Source: the human T2T-CHM13v2.0 reference genome, Homo sapiens. Taken from it: 64,000 bases of DNA. The translations under genes were made by a program, and so were the position numbers. Shown one piece after another: positions 1-15,513 of the stretch. The stretch is from NCBI RefSeq assembly GCF_009914755.1, contig NC_060937.1; one strand, 5' to 3'. Under the pieces are notes generated by a model. The model was not told the origin of the DNA, searched no databases, and was given only the letters and a program-made list of their open reading frames with translations. Position 1 is the stretch's first letter; each line of letters opens with the position of its first letter.

Positions 1-1418
1 GCATCAATACTTCCATGAGTACAAACTGGTACATGTGCATCAGGGAGGATACTTTGATAAATACAATGTTATAAATAGACACCAAGCACATTACAGAATG
101 AAATAAATAAAATAATACTTTTTGGTATAATAGTCTATAAATACACCTTTTATTTGTAAGAGCCATATTAGAACTGAAATGAAATGGATAACCATATTGG
201 TGTGAATTAAAGGCAGACATACAGCCTCCTGAATATTGAATAAATATTATTTTATATAAAAATTTTAAATGGGAACTAATATTACACACAAATAATGTAA
301 TACAAAATAAATGGAATATAGTTGTATTGAATCGTAGAAGGGCATGAGAAATTTAAGATCTTTACAAAACTCATATTTTACATGGTAGATTGTATTAAGA
401 TTCTATTTTAAAACCTTATTATTTTTCTATTTTAATGAAATGATAAACTAAGACTTATATACAGTTTGTGGTTTTTCCGAGCTATATCATTATATAGGAT
501 TAAAATCAGAACAACCCGAACACATGCATTCTTGTCCAGAAACATTTAAAAATTATGTTGGTCTAAATGTTTCTTTTTCGAGGATTATGAAATAAGTGTT
601 CTCAATATAAATTGTATCTTAAACTAAAAATACTCTGAAACATCATCAATACTAGAATATTTCAGAATGAAGTACAATAAATTGTAGGAGATTAGCACTA
701 GCACAAGATAACTTTAATAAAATCACTGCCAATGTCCTCATTGTGAATCTACAATTTAATAACTTTAATACGTAGTTTCCTATAGTGTTAAATACCTTAG
801 CTATTAAAAATGCTATAAATATGCACCTTGTTTTCTTAATATGAACTTAATAATGCATCCAAACAAGTGTACATGATTATTAAGAAGGGTGCATATGTAT
901 GCAAAAATATTCAGAAAGTGCATAGGAGAAGGAAAGTAAATGCTACACCAAATTCAAATTTTAAATGGAAAATATCATGGAATATATCTATATCAATATA
1001 GCTATATATGTGTATATAGTCACATTTGTATCTATATTTATATCTACTTATGTATATATATATGTGCATAAATGCACAGCAAATCACAAACACATTTTAC
1101 AGCTTTGATTCACAATATTCATAGTTTTGTTTACCTACATTATTAATTTTCTCAGTTCCCCTTTACCACCAAACACATAGCTACTACTATAAATTCACCT
1201 CTATTATCAGTTAATATGTAAACATAAATCAGTTATTTATTGATTATTATACTTCCTGTTTGTTATCTTATAAGTGAAACAACTAATGAATTATCATTTA
1301 TCTTTTCTTAAAAATCTGAAAATATTTTATATTATGACTATAATGTAATTTTGATTATATTCTTTATTTCTTGCAGTTGGCTTTGTGGAGAGTCTATTCA
1401 ATTAAAGTCAAAATAAAT

Positions 1419-1783
1419 TGTTATGGACTGAATATTTGTGTCCTCTCAAATTTATATGTTGAAGGCCTAACTCATCAATGTGACTGTATTTGGATATGGG
1501 GCTTTTATGGAAATAATTAAGGTTAAATGAGGTCCACTGAAATTAGGGTTATTACAAAAAGAGACACATGAGAGCTGATTTGCTCTCTCCACAGGCACAA
1601 AGAAGAGGTCATACGAACACAAAATGAGATGACTGCTATCTATAAGCCACAAGAGTTGGCCTCAGAATGAAATCTACCTTGCCAGCACCCTAATTTTGGA
1701 CTTCTTATCCTCCAGAACAAATTTTTATTGTTTAAACCACTGGGTCTGTGATATTTGTTTGGCAGCCCAAGCTGACTAATACA
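1419..1783 (+). mobile_element. MLT1A-like MaLR solo LTR
   Basis: Starts TGTTATGGACTGAATATTTGTGTCC, ends GCAGCCCAAGCTGACTAATACA; internal motifs CTCAGAATGAAATCTACCTTGCCAGCACC...TTGGACTTC match recalled MLT1A. Confidence 0.85.
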
Positions 1784-1809
1784 AAAGTAAACACACATAA
1801 AGAACATAA

Positions 1810-2383
1810 AGTTAGAGCACTAGGAACACTGTCCTCCCCACATGAGACTTGGTGCACAGTCAATGCATTGCAGTTTCTGAACTCAAAGAATCAGGTCCCT
1901 AAGGCCAACCATAATCTTTGCATTCTGCATTCCCAGCCTTGATACCTCCATCTGAAAACAGTATTGTCTTGGCCCTTGGCAGAGGCTTCTCACCAAGATG
2001 TCTTCATGGTGGGGAAGGGGAGGATTTTGAATACATTTTTCCCTACTCTGACTTAGTACTCAGTACTTTTTCCAGTACTAGTCATTTTACTTTCTCTCTC
2101 CCTGGCCCCCAGGTCCATAAAATGGCCGGAGTGTTTTGTCCAGAGCAGCCTCAGCAGTGAGGCGTCTCCCCATTCCACCCCACCAACGTCTGTAGTGATA
2201 AACCTGACTCTCATCTGGCACTAGTCCTGAACATTGGTGGAGCTGGCACTTTCTCATGTTGCTTCTACTATGGAAGTAAGTGATTAAAGACTTGACTGTT
2301 ATTTTCATTTTGGCTTGTCATCTTAATTGACTAATCCAACACATGGTACCTCAATTTGCTCCAGCTCAACTCAGCTCTTGACA
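1810..2383 (+). mobile_element. Old ERVL-class LTR (MER74/MER73/MER54-group-like; family uncertain)
   Basis: CCATAAAA TATA-like box, ATTAAAGACTTGACTGTT poly(A) region, ends CAGCTCAACTCAGCTCTTGACA; 3' part resembles the LTR at 62187-63364. Confidence 0.5.
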
Positions 2384-3019
2384 ATTTATTTCTTTAAAAG
2401 TTTCCAAAACATCTTTTAAAATATATTATTGACTCTAGAATCTGTCATAACAAAGTATTTCTGTTACAAATTTATAGATTAAAAATGATATATATTCAAC
2501 CACATGTTGTTATAGTGGAAATTTTTACTGATTTTTTTATTAAGGTTTTTCTTAGAAAATGATAACTATATATATATATATATATACACCCAATTATGCT
2601 TAAAGTTTAGAAAACATATATTCAATAAATAACTCAAACATGCAGATAAATGAAAGTACATTTGTCAGAGAAAGCTAATTGTTTCCCATTTTGTCATTTT
2701 ACTAACTTATGAAAAATCATTAAAGGGAGAATTCATGCCTGTTTTGATTCTTCTGTCTTATTGAAAGGAATGACCATTGAATGACTGGTGGCTAAACTTG
2801 AGTCACCTATTTTAAATATAACCATGAGTGTGACACACTATGTGTAGAAATGCTGATAAAAGGAGGAGGCAGACTCTTTGAACACACAGTGAAACCACCA
2901 TATCACTATTGGACTGCATACTATTCATCGCTGGACTTTTTAAATTGTAGAATTGAAAGCATTTTGAAATTATTTTTATTAGAATTTTTGGTCTAAAGAT
3001 GAATCTAAATCTCTTTCAT

Positions 3020-3056
3020 TCACACACACACACAAACACACACACACACACACACA
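3020..3056. repeat. (CA)n microsatellite
   Basis: Direct reading. Confidence 0.95.
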
Positions 3057-3068
3057 ATAAATGTATAC

Positions 3069-3459
3069 TGTGTTCGTTCATTCTCGCACTGCTATAAAGA
3101 AATACCTGAGCCTGAGGCTGGGAAATTTATGAAGAAAAGAGGTTTAATTGGCTCATGGTTCTTCAGGTTATAAAAGAAACATGGCTGGAGAGGCCTCAGG
3201 AACTTACAATTATGGCAGAAGGCAAAGGAAAAGCAGGCACAACTTTCATGGCCGGAGCAGGAGTAAGATAGAGAATCGGGAGGTGCTATGTCCATTTAAA
3301 AAACCAGGTCTCTCATGAGAACTCATTCACTATCATGAGAACAGCAAGTAGAAAATCTGTCCCAATTATCCAACCACCTGCCACCAGGCCCCTCTTCCAA
3401 CGTTGGGGATTATAATTCAACATGAGAGTTGGGCAGGGACACAAATCCAAATCATATCA
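3069..3459 (-). mobile_element. MSTA-like MaLR LTR (3' LTR)
   Basis: TGTGTTCGTTCATTCTCGCACTGCTATAAAGAAATACC...GGGACACAAATCCAAATCATATCA is the reverse complement of the MST LTR consensus. Confidence 0.9.
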
Positions 3460-5052
3460 TTCTGCCCCCGGCCACTCCCAAATCTCATGTCCTTGTCACA
3501 TGGCAAAATATAGTCATCCCTTCTCAACAGTCCCCCAAGTCTTAATTCATTACAGCATTAACTTAAAAGTCCACAGTCCAAAGTCTAATTTGAGACAAGG
3601 GAAGTCCTTTCTGCTTATGAGACTGAAAAATCAAAAACAAGTTAGTTACTTCCAAAATACAATAGGAACACAGGCATTGCATAGATACTCCTGTTTCAAA
3701 ATCAGCCAAAAGAGAGGAGCTCCAGGATTCCAGCAGGGCAGTCACTAACTCTTAAAGCTCCAAAATAATCTACTTTGACTCCATGTCTCACATTCAGGCC
3801 ACACTGATGCAAGGAGTGGGCTCTTAAGGCTTTGGGTAGCTCTGCCCCTGTGGCTCTGCAGAGTTCACCTCCCATGGCTGCTCTCAAGGGCTGACATTGA
3901 GTGCCTGCAGCTTTTCCAGGCACATGGTACAAATTGTTGGTGGAGCTACCACTCTGGGGTCTGGAAGACAGTGGCACTCTTCTCACAGCTCCAATAGGAA
4001 GTGCTCCAGTGGGAACCCTGTGTGGAAGCTTTAACTTCACATTTTCCCTTAAGACTGACCTAGTAGAGATTCTCAATGAAGGCTTTGTCCCTGGAGCAGG
4101 CTTCTGTCTGTACATACAGGCTTTTCCATACATCTAAAATTTAAGCGAATGATCCCAAGCCTCAACTCTTACACTCTGTGCACCTGCAAGATTAACCCCA
4201 TGTGGAAACTGCCAAGGCTTACAGTTTGCACCTTCTGAAGCAATGGCCCAGTCTGTACTTTGGCCCGTTTTAGCCATGGCTGGAGCTGGAATGGCAGAGA
4301 TGCAGGGAGCAGTGTCCTGAGGCTGCACAGGGCAACAGGATCCTGGGCCTAACCCAGGAAACCATTCTTCCCTCCTAGGCCTCCAGCCTGTGATGGGAGG
4401 GGCTGTCACTAAAATGCCTTCAGGGTTTTTTCCCCATTATTTTGTCTATTAGTACTTGACTTCCTTTTAGTTTTGCAAATTTCTGCAGCCTGCTTAAATC
4501 CCTCCCCTGAAAACGGGTTTTTCTTTTCTACCGCATGGCCAGCCTGCAAATTTTTCAAACTTTTATGCTCCACTTCCTTTGTAAGTATAAGTTCAAGTTT
4601 TACATCATTTCTTTGCTCACAAATATGAGAATAGGCCTCTAGAAGCAGCCAGGGCATTTCTTGAACACTTTTTGTTGTTTAAAATTTTCTCTGCCAGGTA
4701 CCCTAAATCATCACTCTCAAGTTTAAATTTCCCCAGATTCCTAGGCGGGGGCACAATGCCTCCAATTTCTTTGCTAATAGATAACAAAAGTAACCTTTGC
4801 CCTACTTTCCAGTAAGTTCCCCATCTTCATCTGAGACCTCCTCAGCCTGGACTTCATTGTCCATATCACTATCAGCATTTTGGTCACAAAAACTTAACAA
4901 GTCTCTAGAAAGTTCCAAACTTTCCTTTATCTTTCTGTCTTCTTCTGAGGCCTCCACACTCTTCCAACCTCTGCTCCTTAACCAGTTCCAAATTTGCTTC
5001 CACATTTTCAGGTGTCTTTATAGCAATGCCCTACTCCTAGGTAGCTATTTTC
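3460..5052 (-). mobile_element. MST-int MaLR internal region
   Basis: Contiguous with the LTR; degenerate MaLR ORF peptides (MYGKACMYRQKPA, WKSVEASEEDRK) homologous to those in THE1-int at 50.6-52 kb. Confidence 0.9.
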
Positions 5053-6965
<1,913 letters not shown>

Positions 6966-8664
6966 AAAAGCACTTATAATAATCAAATCTCTACCTCCCC
7001 CTTCTCCTCCTAGACCTCCCCTGTTTATGGGAAGGTGAAGTAATACTTTTCCTAATACCACATAATTTCCTAGCAAAACTTTTACATATTCCATAAGCTG
7101 GAAAGAACAAATACAAAACTTATACCTAATATAAATGCTTAAGAAAAGAATATCATTTATCAGTGAAAACTAGCAATGTTTATCATGTAAAAGGTTTTAT
7201 CAGTGGATTTTTCTGTGGTTATATTGTAGTTACTATTTTTTCTTATACTGGAAATCTAAATAGTCATAATCCTAAAAAAGATGACTTTATAAAGTAGTTT
7301 ATGCAGATGTCCCAATTCTAACAATGATTAAAAATATTTTTTCAAAAAATAAACTATGATTTAGCAAGCATTATTTTATTACAATCATACTCTTAAAACA
7401 CTTTAATTAGACATTTTAGCTATGTGTAGACTACATCATTACAAGCATCAATAAGTAAATTTATTTAAGAGCAATGTTTTGCTTTATGTGAATTAGAGCT
7501 TCTGAGCATCAGTATAACAAATTATTTTTAATAAATGCTTAAGACTGTGTTACTTGTTTTAAATAATGATGTCAATTTATTTTATTGTCATGATGATGTA
7601 ACATATACAATTTTAATGAATGCTGAGTATTATGTTTACTGTTGTTATAGTTATTACATTCTACATCTGAAAACACTATGTTGTACTTCATTGTTTGCTT
7701 GTCTTTTGAACAATAGCCTTATTCTTTTATATATATTTATTATCAAAGTCATTAACTATTACGATATGATCTTTTAATATATGGTTGCTAAAGTAGTATA
7801 TATTAATTTTTTAAAATACATAGGAAAATAAAGAAATTTTTTTTAGTTTTATGAATCACACAGTGGTGAGAAAGATAGAAATTGGAAATAAAAGAGAAAT
7901 AAAATATGCATAAAGGTAAATTCAATTTTAACTAGGCATCCAGAAAAAAATCACAATATAAAAAATGCACGGAGATTTTCTTTCAAAGTTTAGTTGATAA
8001 GAATTACAACATCAACTTTTTATAATTGTTTTGATCCAAACTAGATAATTTGGAGGTGGAAGTTTAGTTATATAAAATATGTCTGACTGGTCAAGGATAA
8101 TAACAAAAAAAATACTAATGTAGAATTTTTATTTCATAGGATTTAAAAGGATATGTTGGCATTTTGGCATTAAAGTATAAATTAAAGGAAATATAATATT
8201 TGGAGATGCTGAAGTGGAAGGAACTGATGTGGTTATGTCACTGAAAATTAATCATGATAACTGAATGTATCAACATTTTTTTCCCTACCATCTCTTGACA
8301 TACCAACTAAACTTACTGTTCTATAATTTCATCCCTACATTAGTGAGTCTTCAGCTAATATTTGTATTTTCTGAAACAGAATATGTGACTCAAATCACTA
8401 GAGAAGCAATGTAAATATGGTAATAGATGGAGATATGAAAATTTGTTAATTTTGTCTAGCTTTTATCTTAACATAAACTTCATTTTCATGAACTAAACAT
8501 GCATGGATATTCTACTTTCCCCAAGGAAATACAAAACACTCTAGCCCTTTAGTCTATATCTTGACTTCAAACTTTTAGCAGTGATTAGGCATAAAAATAT
8601 TTTACATATGTCTAAACTCTACTAGGACAAATTTTATCAAGTACAATGCTGACAACTGACATCC

Positions 8665-8965
8665 TCATGTCAGGGAGAGCACAAAGAGATGTACAAAGTT
8701 GAGACTAGAGGGAGCATGCCTTGCTTAAAAGGCAACAGTTACTCACTTCCTACCAATTTTTACCTTCAAAGAGTTTTGGGTCAGTGTTGTCAGATATTTC
8801 AGTTTTCAAGAGAAGCTGAAAATCTGGATTCTAATGAGAAATATATGAAATTTAACACTGGCAAGTGTTTCTTAATCACTGAACATAATACTTGCCAATA
8901 GCCTACCCATCACAGAAATGATTAACAGCATGCTCTTGCCTGCTTACAACAAATTTATGACCTGT
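8665..8965 (-). mobile_element. MER102-like hAT-Charlie fossil
   Basis: GAGCATGCC...CAGTGTTGTCAGATATTTCAGTTTTCAAGAGAAGCTGAAAATCTGGATT matches the reverse complement of the MER102 core; ends approximate. Confidence 0.7.
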
Positions 8966-9486
8966 TTTAGTGTTGAAAAGTATGTTAACACATATTATCT
9001 TTTAGAAAAAATCTTCACTGTAAAATATTTTATTGGTTATTCCATTCCATATCCCTTCCCCCACCACCATGTCCATGTTTTGAGGTGAAACAAAGGCTAT
9101 GAGACACTAGATATATTGTCTAAGCACAAAACATGTAAACTAGTAGAGTCAGGACTTAATAAAATCAACTGTTCTGATTTCATAGTCTATATTTTCCCAT
9201 TGAAATACTTGGTTTTAGACAAAATATTTTTGGCTACGTACATTCATTTGTTTAAAGGTGAATTGGACAAGGTATGCCAATTACCTCTGTTCCAGTGATC
9301 TTTCCTAACAAGTACTTCAATAAATATATCATTAATAGTTCCAAAACTACAAGACTATCTCAACTAATCACATTACAAAACTATTACAATATTTTTACAA
9401 CAACCACTAATAATATTACAACTATAAAATTATTACAACAGCAAAACTACTACAATTATGTAAATAAGCATTTGCTACACTCACAA

Positions 9487-9500
9487 ATATATATAAATAG

Positions 9501-9542
<42 letters not shown>
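9487..9542. repeat. (TA)n(GA)n compound microsatellite
   Basis: Direct reading. Confidence 0.9.
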
Positions 9543-9543
<1 letters not shown>

Positions 9544-11255
9544 CATATACTAAGTTATTTAGTGATATTTAGACTCTGTTGAGTCCGAATACATTCTCTT
9601 GATTTTCATTTTATAATTTAATTTATCTGTACTTATATAGGTTAATGATTGTCAGAAGAAGAGGAGAAGGAGCTGCCTTGAGGGTTAAAGAGTTGTAATG
9701 ATTTTTCACTTGTCCCAAGTCTAGTAAATTAAATGAACAATATTTTTGAGTCTCTGTGACAACAAAAACTTCTACTATCTTACTTAATCCTGTGTGACTG
9801 GGTTATTCATTATTTTGTGTCAAATTTTCATGAATGGATTCAAACATTTTCCTCATTTAGACTGCAGCCTCCCATTTTGTCAAATTGGCAGACTCTTCTG
9901 ACACACCCTATCAAAGATTTAAAACAACTTTTGTTTTAATCCGCTTTGTCTATTGGTGCCTTCATCACTTGGTCTTTTAATATCATTAAAATATTAATGT
10001 GTTATGTAGTTTTAACTGTTTCCAAGGGCCTTACAAAAAATTTTGTGAACGGATTCTTTACTTGTGACTGATAAAACACAACTATATGCTCTTCTCTCAT
10101 ATGTTCACAGCTAATTAAACTTTGTTTCATTAATACTATAATATTTCTTAATCATCTTGCTCTACATTTTTCAGAATAATGACTTTGTTGTCACCACAGT
10201 AATCTTAGGCACAGTTTGCTCTGGTGTGCATCCCAAATGTGAACCATGATCTTTATGTTGTGTCTAGCATACAGCTTTTGAAGACTTAAAAAATCAATTA
10301 TTAATCATGTCCTATATTTTAAAAGTCCTATCGTGACATGGATCCTTTGGAAATTTTTCTTTCAGGCCCCCTGAATTCTAGGCCTTCTTTTCGCACTCAC
10401 TGCTAATCTACATTCTATCTCTGTTATTATGAACTTACTTGCAAGACTTATAACTTTTTTTGTCTTTTTTAATATCCAGAAAAATGTCAATTATTTTTTG
10501 AAAAGTTTTATTATTTTGATATAAGAAATTATTCCCCAGGTCCCTAAATAATGACAGTTATAATTTAGCTTAATGTTTAATATACTTTTTAATAATCACT
10601 TGTTTTTACATGTTCTTCTCTCCATTACATTTTTAACTAACTTGAAGAAAGAGCCTCTCTATTTTTCATTTAAGCATCACCTGAGGCCAGAGCCCCGTAA
10701 GTTTTCAATAAGTGTTTCTGAAATTTAATTTGGGCTTTTCTCTTTAACATATTACTTCATTGGATAAAGTCACAGAGTTCACAATTAAGCTATTCTTTTA
10801 TAAAAATGGAAATTACCCTTTATTTTTGCTTCATTTGAACATTAACTTACAGAAAATAATTATATGCTCTTTAAAATAATAAGGTTTGTTATGAAACAGG
10901 TATAAGTCCCTTGATAGATAATCTTCTGACTTAAAATATTAATGATAAAATGAAATATTCATATTTTTGGTACACAACCATTTTTCTCTACGTGTCACTG
11001 TATCTTCTTTAATAATCAAATATGTTTCAGCATTTAAAAATTATTTTAGAGGATTATATTCTTGTCTTTTATGTAAAACTCTTGTACCTTTTATAATAAA
11101 GTTACGTAAATCAGAAATTCTAAAGCACAGATGACATGAGGCTCACAGAAATAAATAGCTTTTCAGTTTTTTCTTAAAAAATCCCTAAAATTTGTTAAGA
11201 AATTATTACTGTCATCTTTTGTAAGTTAATAGCAAAATATTTCTTATTTCTTTTT

Positions 11256-11545
11256 ATTTTATTTTTTTTATTATACTTTAAGTTTTAGGGTACATGTGCA
11301 CAACGTGCAGGTTTCTTACATATGTATACATGTGCCATGTTGGTGTGCTGCATCCATTAACTCTTCATTTAACATTAGGTATATCTCCTAATGCTATCCC
11401 TCCCCCCTTCCCCCCACCCCACAATAGGCCCCGGTGTGTGATGTTCCCCTTCCTGTGTCCATGTGTTCTCATTGTTCAATTCCCACCTATGAGTGAGAAC
11501 ATGCGGTGCAGCCTATCATTGTTGGACATTCGGGTTCGTTCCAAG
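11256..11545 (-). mobile_element. Short 5'-truncated L1PA4/5-like element with internal deletion
   Basis: TTATTATACTTTAAGTTTTAGGGTACATGTGCACAACGTGCAGG... L1PA 3' end; TSD TCTTATTTCTTTTT at 11242-11255 and 11546-11559. Confidence 0.9.
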
Positions 11546-13394
11546 TCTTATTTCTTTTTTAGAAGATATATATTTATTATTGTGAGTAGAAGAGTTGAAG
11601 ACTCTGCTTTTGATGTATGTAAAATAATGATACAGACAGATTAATTGTTAATAATTGTTAATCAGGTTAACAAATTGTTAATAATCAGAACAAATCACAA
11701 CTATCGTGATTCTCATCCTCCAAATAATTATTTGAAAAATAATGTTAAGTATAAAACATGTAATATACTTTTTGTTTTGTAAATGCTAGTGATTTCTAAA
11801 ATTAAAAATCACTTGTACAAAATAGTGCATATATAATATATATGCACTATTATAAAATAGTAATACATATATATAATCTTTTATTTTTCATTAAAACAGC
11901 AGTGATGTCAACATATTTAAATTTCTTTAAGTGATCATCTAAATACTCTTTTCTTCCATATTTCATCTTAAAAATTTGCAAATAGCTTTCATTAAAATGA
12001 AAATGAGATATATACATAAAATATAGAGGGCTAGAAAATTAAAATAACTCCTAATTTAAAATTTATTATTTTACTTTATAGGAAGGAAAAATTATACTAT
12101 GTAAAGACTACTGATTTATTTTCATTCTACTATAATTTGTTTACTGTCTTTTGTGAAATTTTCACCAAGTAACTCTGCTAATAATATCCATTACTGAGGC
12201 TATGTTCCAATTAATACTGATACTTCCACCTATAATACAGAGACATATTCTAGCAAACCAAAATCTATTCTGGTAAATTTACACTTATATTCATAATCAT
12301 TTAGCTTATTGTTCCTCTAGAATTTGATTTTATTTTCTGAATACAATGTAAATCATAATACAGAATTTGAAAGAAAATACAAATGACAGATACTCTTGGT
12401 AAAAATGTGTTTGTATCTCATTAGATAAATACAGGCGGTGTTATTGACTCAACTATATCTACCTAAAGGAAATAAATCTTTTAGAGATAAGTAACATTTT
12501 TCTATATACAAGTGTAGTTTCATAAGAGTTACTGTAGTTTTCCAGAACTTGCATGATCACACCATCGGAGGTTAGCCACGCTAACTCTTCACTGTTCCTA
12601 CAGGATGAATATAAACAATTTAGTGCAGTTGCTCTATGGTGACATTTTGTAAGCACATATGTGCACACACACAAGTCCATATACATATATATTTATTTAC
12701 TTATTTAAGGTAATACAACAAGCTGTTGAAAATCTGAGCATAAAAGTCTATGTTTTTGTTTTTTTCTCAAGAAATCAAACCATGACTGTGAAAAACTATT
12801 CTTGGAATGCTATTTTTCTTTGGGGACAAAATCAATTTTCTGACAATCTTGATTCCTCATTATAATATTAAAAGGAAAAGATAATATTAGTGGTTAAAGG
12901 TAACTCCTCACAAATGGAAATCAAGAAATAAGCTGTTTTATCCCCTGAATACTTTTTTTCTTTAAGATTAACTCACATGGCAATTGCCAAAGTTGAAACC
13001 TAATCAGCCTGAACATTGCCTATAGTTACAATCTGCCAAATACTTTCAAAACTGTAGATTTTGTATGTAGATTAAATTTGAAACACTTGTGAGGCAAGAG
13101 AAACGTGGCTATTTATAAAGAGTCAATATCTAATTTGGAAATAGAACATTTTTTCATTGTTCTCATTCATGTAGCAATAAACTTGCAGATAGTTGCAAGG
13201 AGTAGAGTAGTTCAAGAAATACAACACATTCCCTAAAAAACTTAAATTATATTATGGTTCTAACATAGAGTGGTGAAGGGAAATCCTACCAGTGTATAAT
13301 CTTGATCTGTGCACTTTATTTATTTTTAGATTTTTTTAACATCTTTTACCTGAAATGAGAGATGACCTAATGGCAAATGGCTTGGGTGATCAGG

Positions 13395-13601
13395 GATTTG
13401 GATATCAATAGGGAAGAGTAAATATCACCCAGACACTCTGTATTATTTTCTTTATAAAAAAGGCTTTTTTTACTTTATGCTAGATAGGTGTATCTTGTGG
13501 AGATATGACATAATTATTATTTATATTTGGAGATTAAGTACTATTTTACAGATGTGTATTTAAGGAGATGTGTATGGATGCCAAATTGACAAGTGGTGAA
13601 C
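13395..13601 (+). mobile_element. ERVL internal region, 3' end (to PPT)
   Basis: GGATATCAATAGGGAAGAGTAAATATCACCCA...TTTGGAGATTAAGTA...GGAGATGTGTATGGATGCCAAATTGACAAGTGGTGAAC matches the recalled ERVL-int 3' terminus. Confidence 0.7.
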
Positions 13602-14128
13602 TCTAATGGCTTTGTCAAATTGGCTAAGCTAAACTGTGTTCTTCAGAATTCATTTTCTAATGTGTCTAGATAGGTTGGGTTACAAAAGATATTCTCTTGT
13701 AAGCGTTGGTGGACAAAGGGGATTCAACAGCCTAAATTCTCCCAGTTACTCAAACACTCTAGTGTATGTGTTCTATAAAGGGATTTTTTTTTTTTTTGGT
13801 GGTGGTGTTGGAGGTGAAATTAAAGTTCCCAATCAGTTATCTTTAAATTAGAGATGCTCACCCTGGGTATACTTGATTTCATCAGTGGAAAATTCTTAAA
13901 AGTGAGTTTGGACTTTTTTTCATGAGGAGGAGATTGATTTCCACTTGTTGCAGTAAGTTTGGTCCATGCTCATGTATCCAGCCTGGCTATGATATTTCAG
14001 ACTTTAAACTTGCTAAATAGCAAGTTCACATTTAGAATTACTGAGTAAACATCCACAGTTGCTTTAGCAGCAAATTCCTTTACATATGTAGTCTCCACTG
14101 TTTCTGTTATAGAATCCTAGTTGATAAA
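13602..14128 (+). mobile_element. MLT2-type ERVL LTR (MLT2D/E/F-like)
   Basis: TGTCAAATTGGCTAAGCT start; CCCAGTTACTCAAACACT, AATCAGTTATCTTTAAATTAGAGAT; ends AGAATCCTAGTTGATAAA. Confidence 0.7.
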
Positions 14129-14275
14129 GATTTTGATACAAAAAGTGATTACAGAGCAACAGATTTTTAAGGATGTATTATTTTAAATTTTCTGGGTTTT
14201 CTGGAAGTGTTTTTCTAATCTGTTTAGATTTAATGGCACTAATGAATGTTTCCAGTGGTAAAGACAGCATTGGTT
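14129..14275 (+). mobile_element. ERVL internal region, 5' start
   Basis: GATTTTGATAC...AGAGCAACAGATTTTTAAGGATG...GGGTTTTCTGGAAGTG...CTAATCTGTTTAGATTTAA matches the recalled ERVL-int 5' end. Confidence 0.7.
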
Positions 14276-14279
14276 CAAC

Positions 14280-14694
14280 GAAGTTTTAAGAGGCCCTAGA
14301 ACTCCAAGATGGAAGAAGTCAAGGGGATTTGAAGCAGTCTGAGGAAGTTACACTTCTGTTGGATTTGAAGAAAAATAATTCTATATCTGGAGATGATCAC
14401 ATGGCAGGGAATAATGGGCAGCCTCTTAGATTTGAAGTCCTCAGTCCTCCAACCACAAAAAACAAAATTCTGCCAGAAATCTTCAAGTTTAGAGGAGAAC
14501 TCCAAGCCCCAGATGAGACTGCAATTATTTCCAAAACCTTGAGTTCATCCTGGTAAGATTTAGAGCAAAAGACCCACATAGCTTATGCTTCTACTCTTGA
14601 CCCAAATAAATTGTGAAATTATACATCTGTATTGCTTTTGTTTTGAATTTCTAAATTTGTGTTAATTGTTATGAAACAATAGAAAACTAATACA
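14280..14694 (+). mobile_element. MLT1 (E-G type) LTR fragment
   Basis: CACATGGCAGGGAA, CCCCAGATGAGACTGCA motifs; ends TTGTTATGAAACAATAGAAAACTAATACA. Confidence 0.7.
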
Positions 14695-14702
14695 AAAGAT
14701 GA

Positions 14703-15036
<334 letters not shown>

Positions 15037-15169
15037 TAGGTTTTATTAATCCAATATTATATGCATTATTAAGGCAATCATATGGTAAAATCAATATACC
15101 ACATAATATGTATGTATATAATATGTGTATAGTAGCAGACAAATACTAAATATGCATTATTTACATTTT

Positions 15170-15513
15170 CTCCTGAACAAACGAGAAATTTTCATTCCCC
15201 TGTTTCTTGCCTTTATTCTGGGGCTGTATGACTGGGTTCTCTTTAATATAATCTAAGCAGAAGTCATATATGCAATTTCCAGCTCTGGATAGAAACATCT
15301 CTTTTGTTTACACCAAGTTCTTGCTTGCCATGCAAAAATAGCAAATTGGAAGGACACAGGTCTCTGAGTTATCACTTGTCAGAGAACTCTCGGTAATACA
15401 TTCTGTGCTTTAAAGGACTGGGTTTTAGGGCAAAGTATAGATTTTAGTCACGTTAAAGACTAATATTTGGGATTTCCTTGTAACAGCTATTACTCATTTA
15501 CCCAATCTACTAC
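15170..15513 (+). mobile_element. Old MLT1 (J-like) LTR
   Basis: GGGGCTGTATGACTGGGTTCT, AGCAGAAGTCATATATGCAATTTCC, GGTCTCTGAGTTATCACTTG motifs; ends ...TACTACA. Confidence 0.55.

Noticed and set aside
9075-9200. Possible MIR remnant (similar weak MIR/L2 traces at ~15.6, 18.5, 31-32 and 58.7-59.2 kb)
   Set aside because: Too degenerate to delimit by eye.
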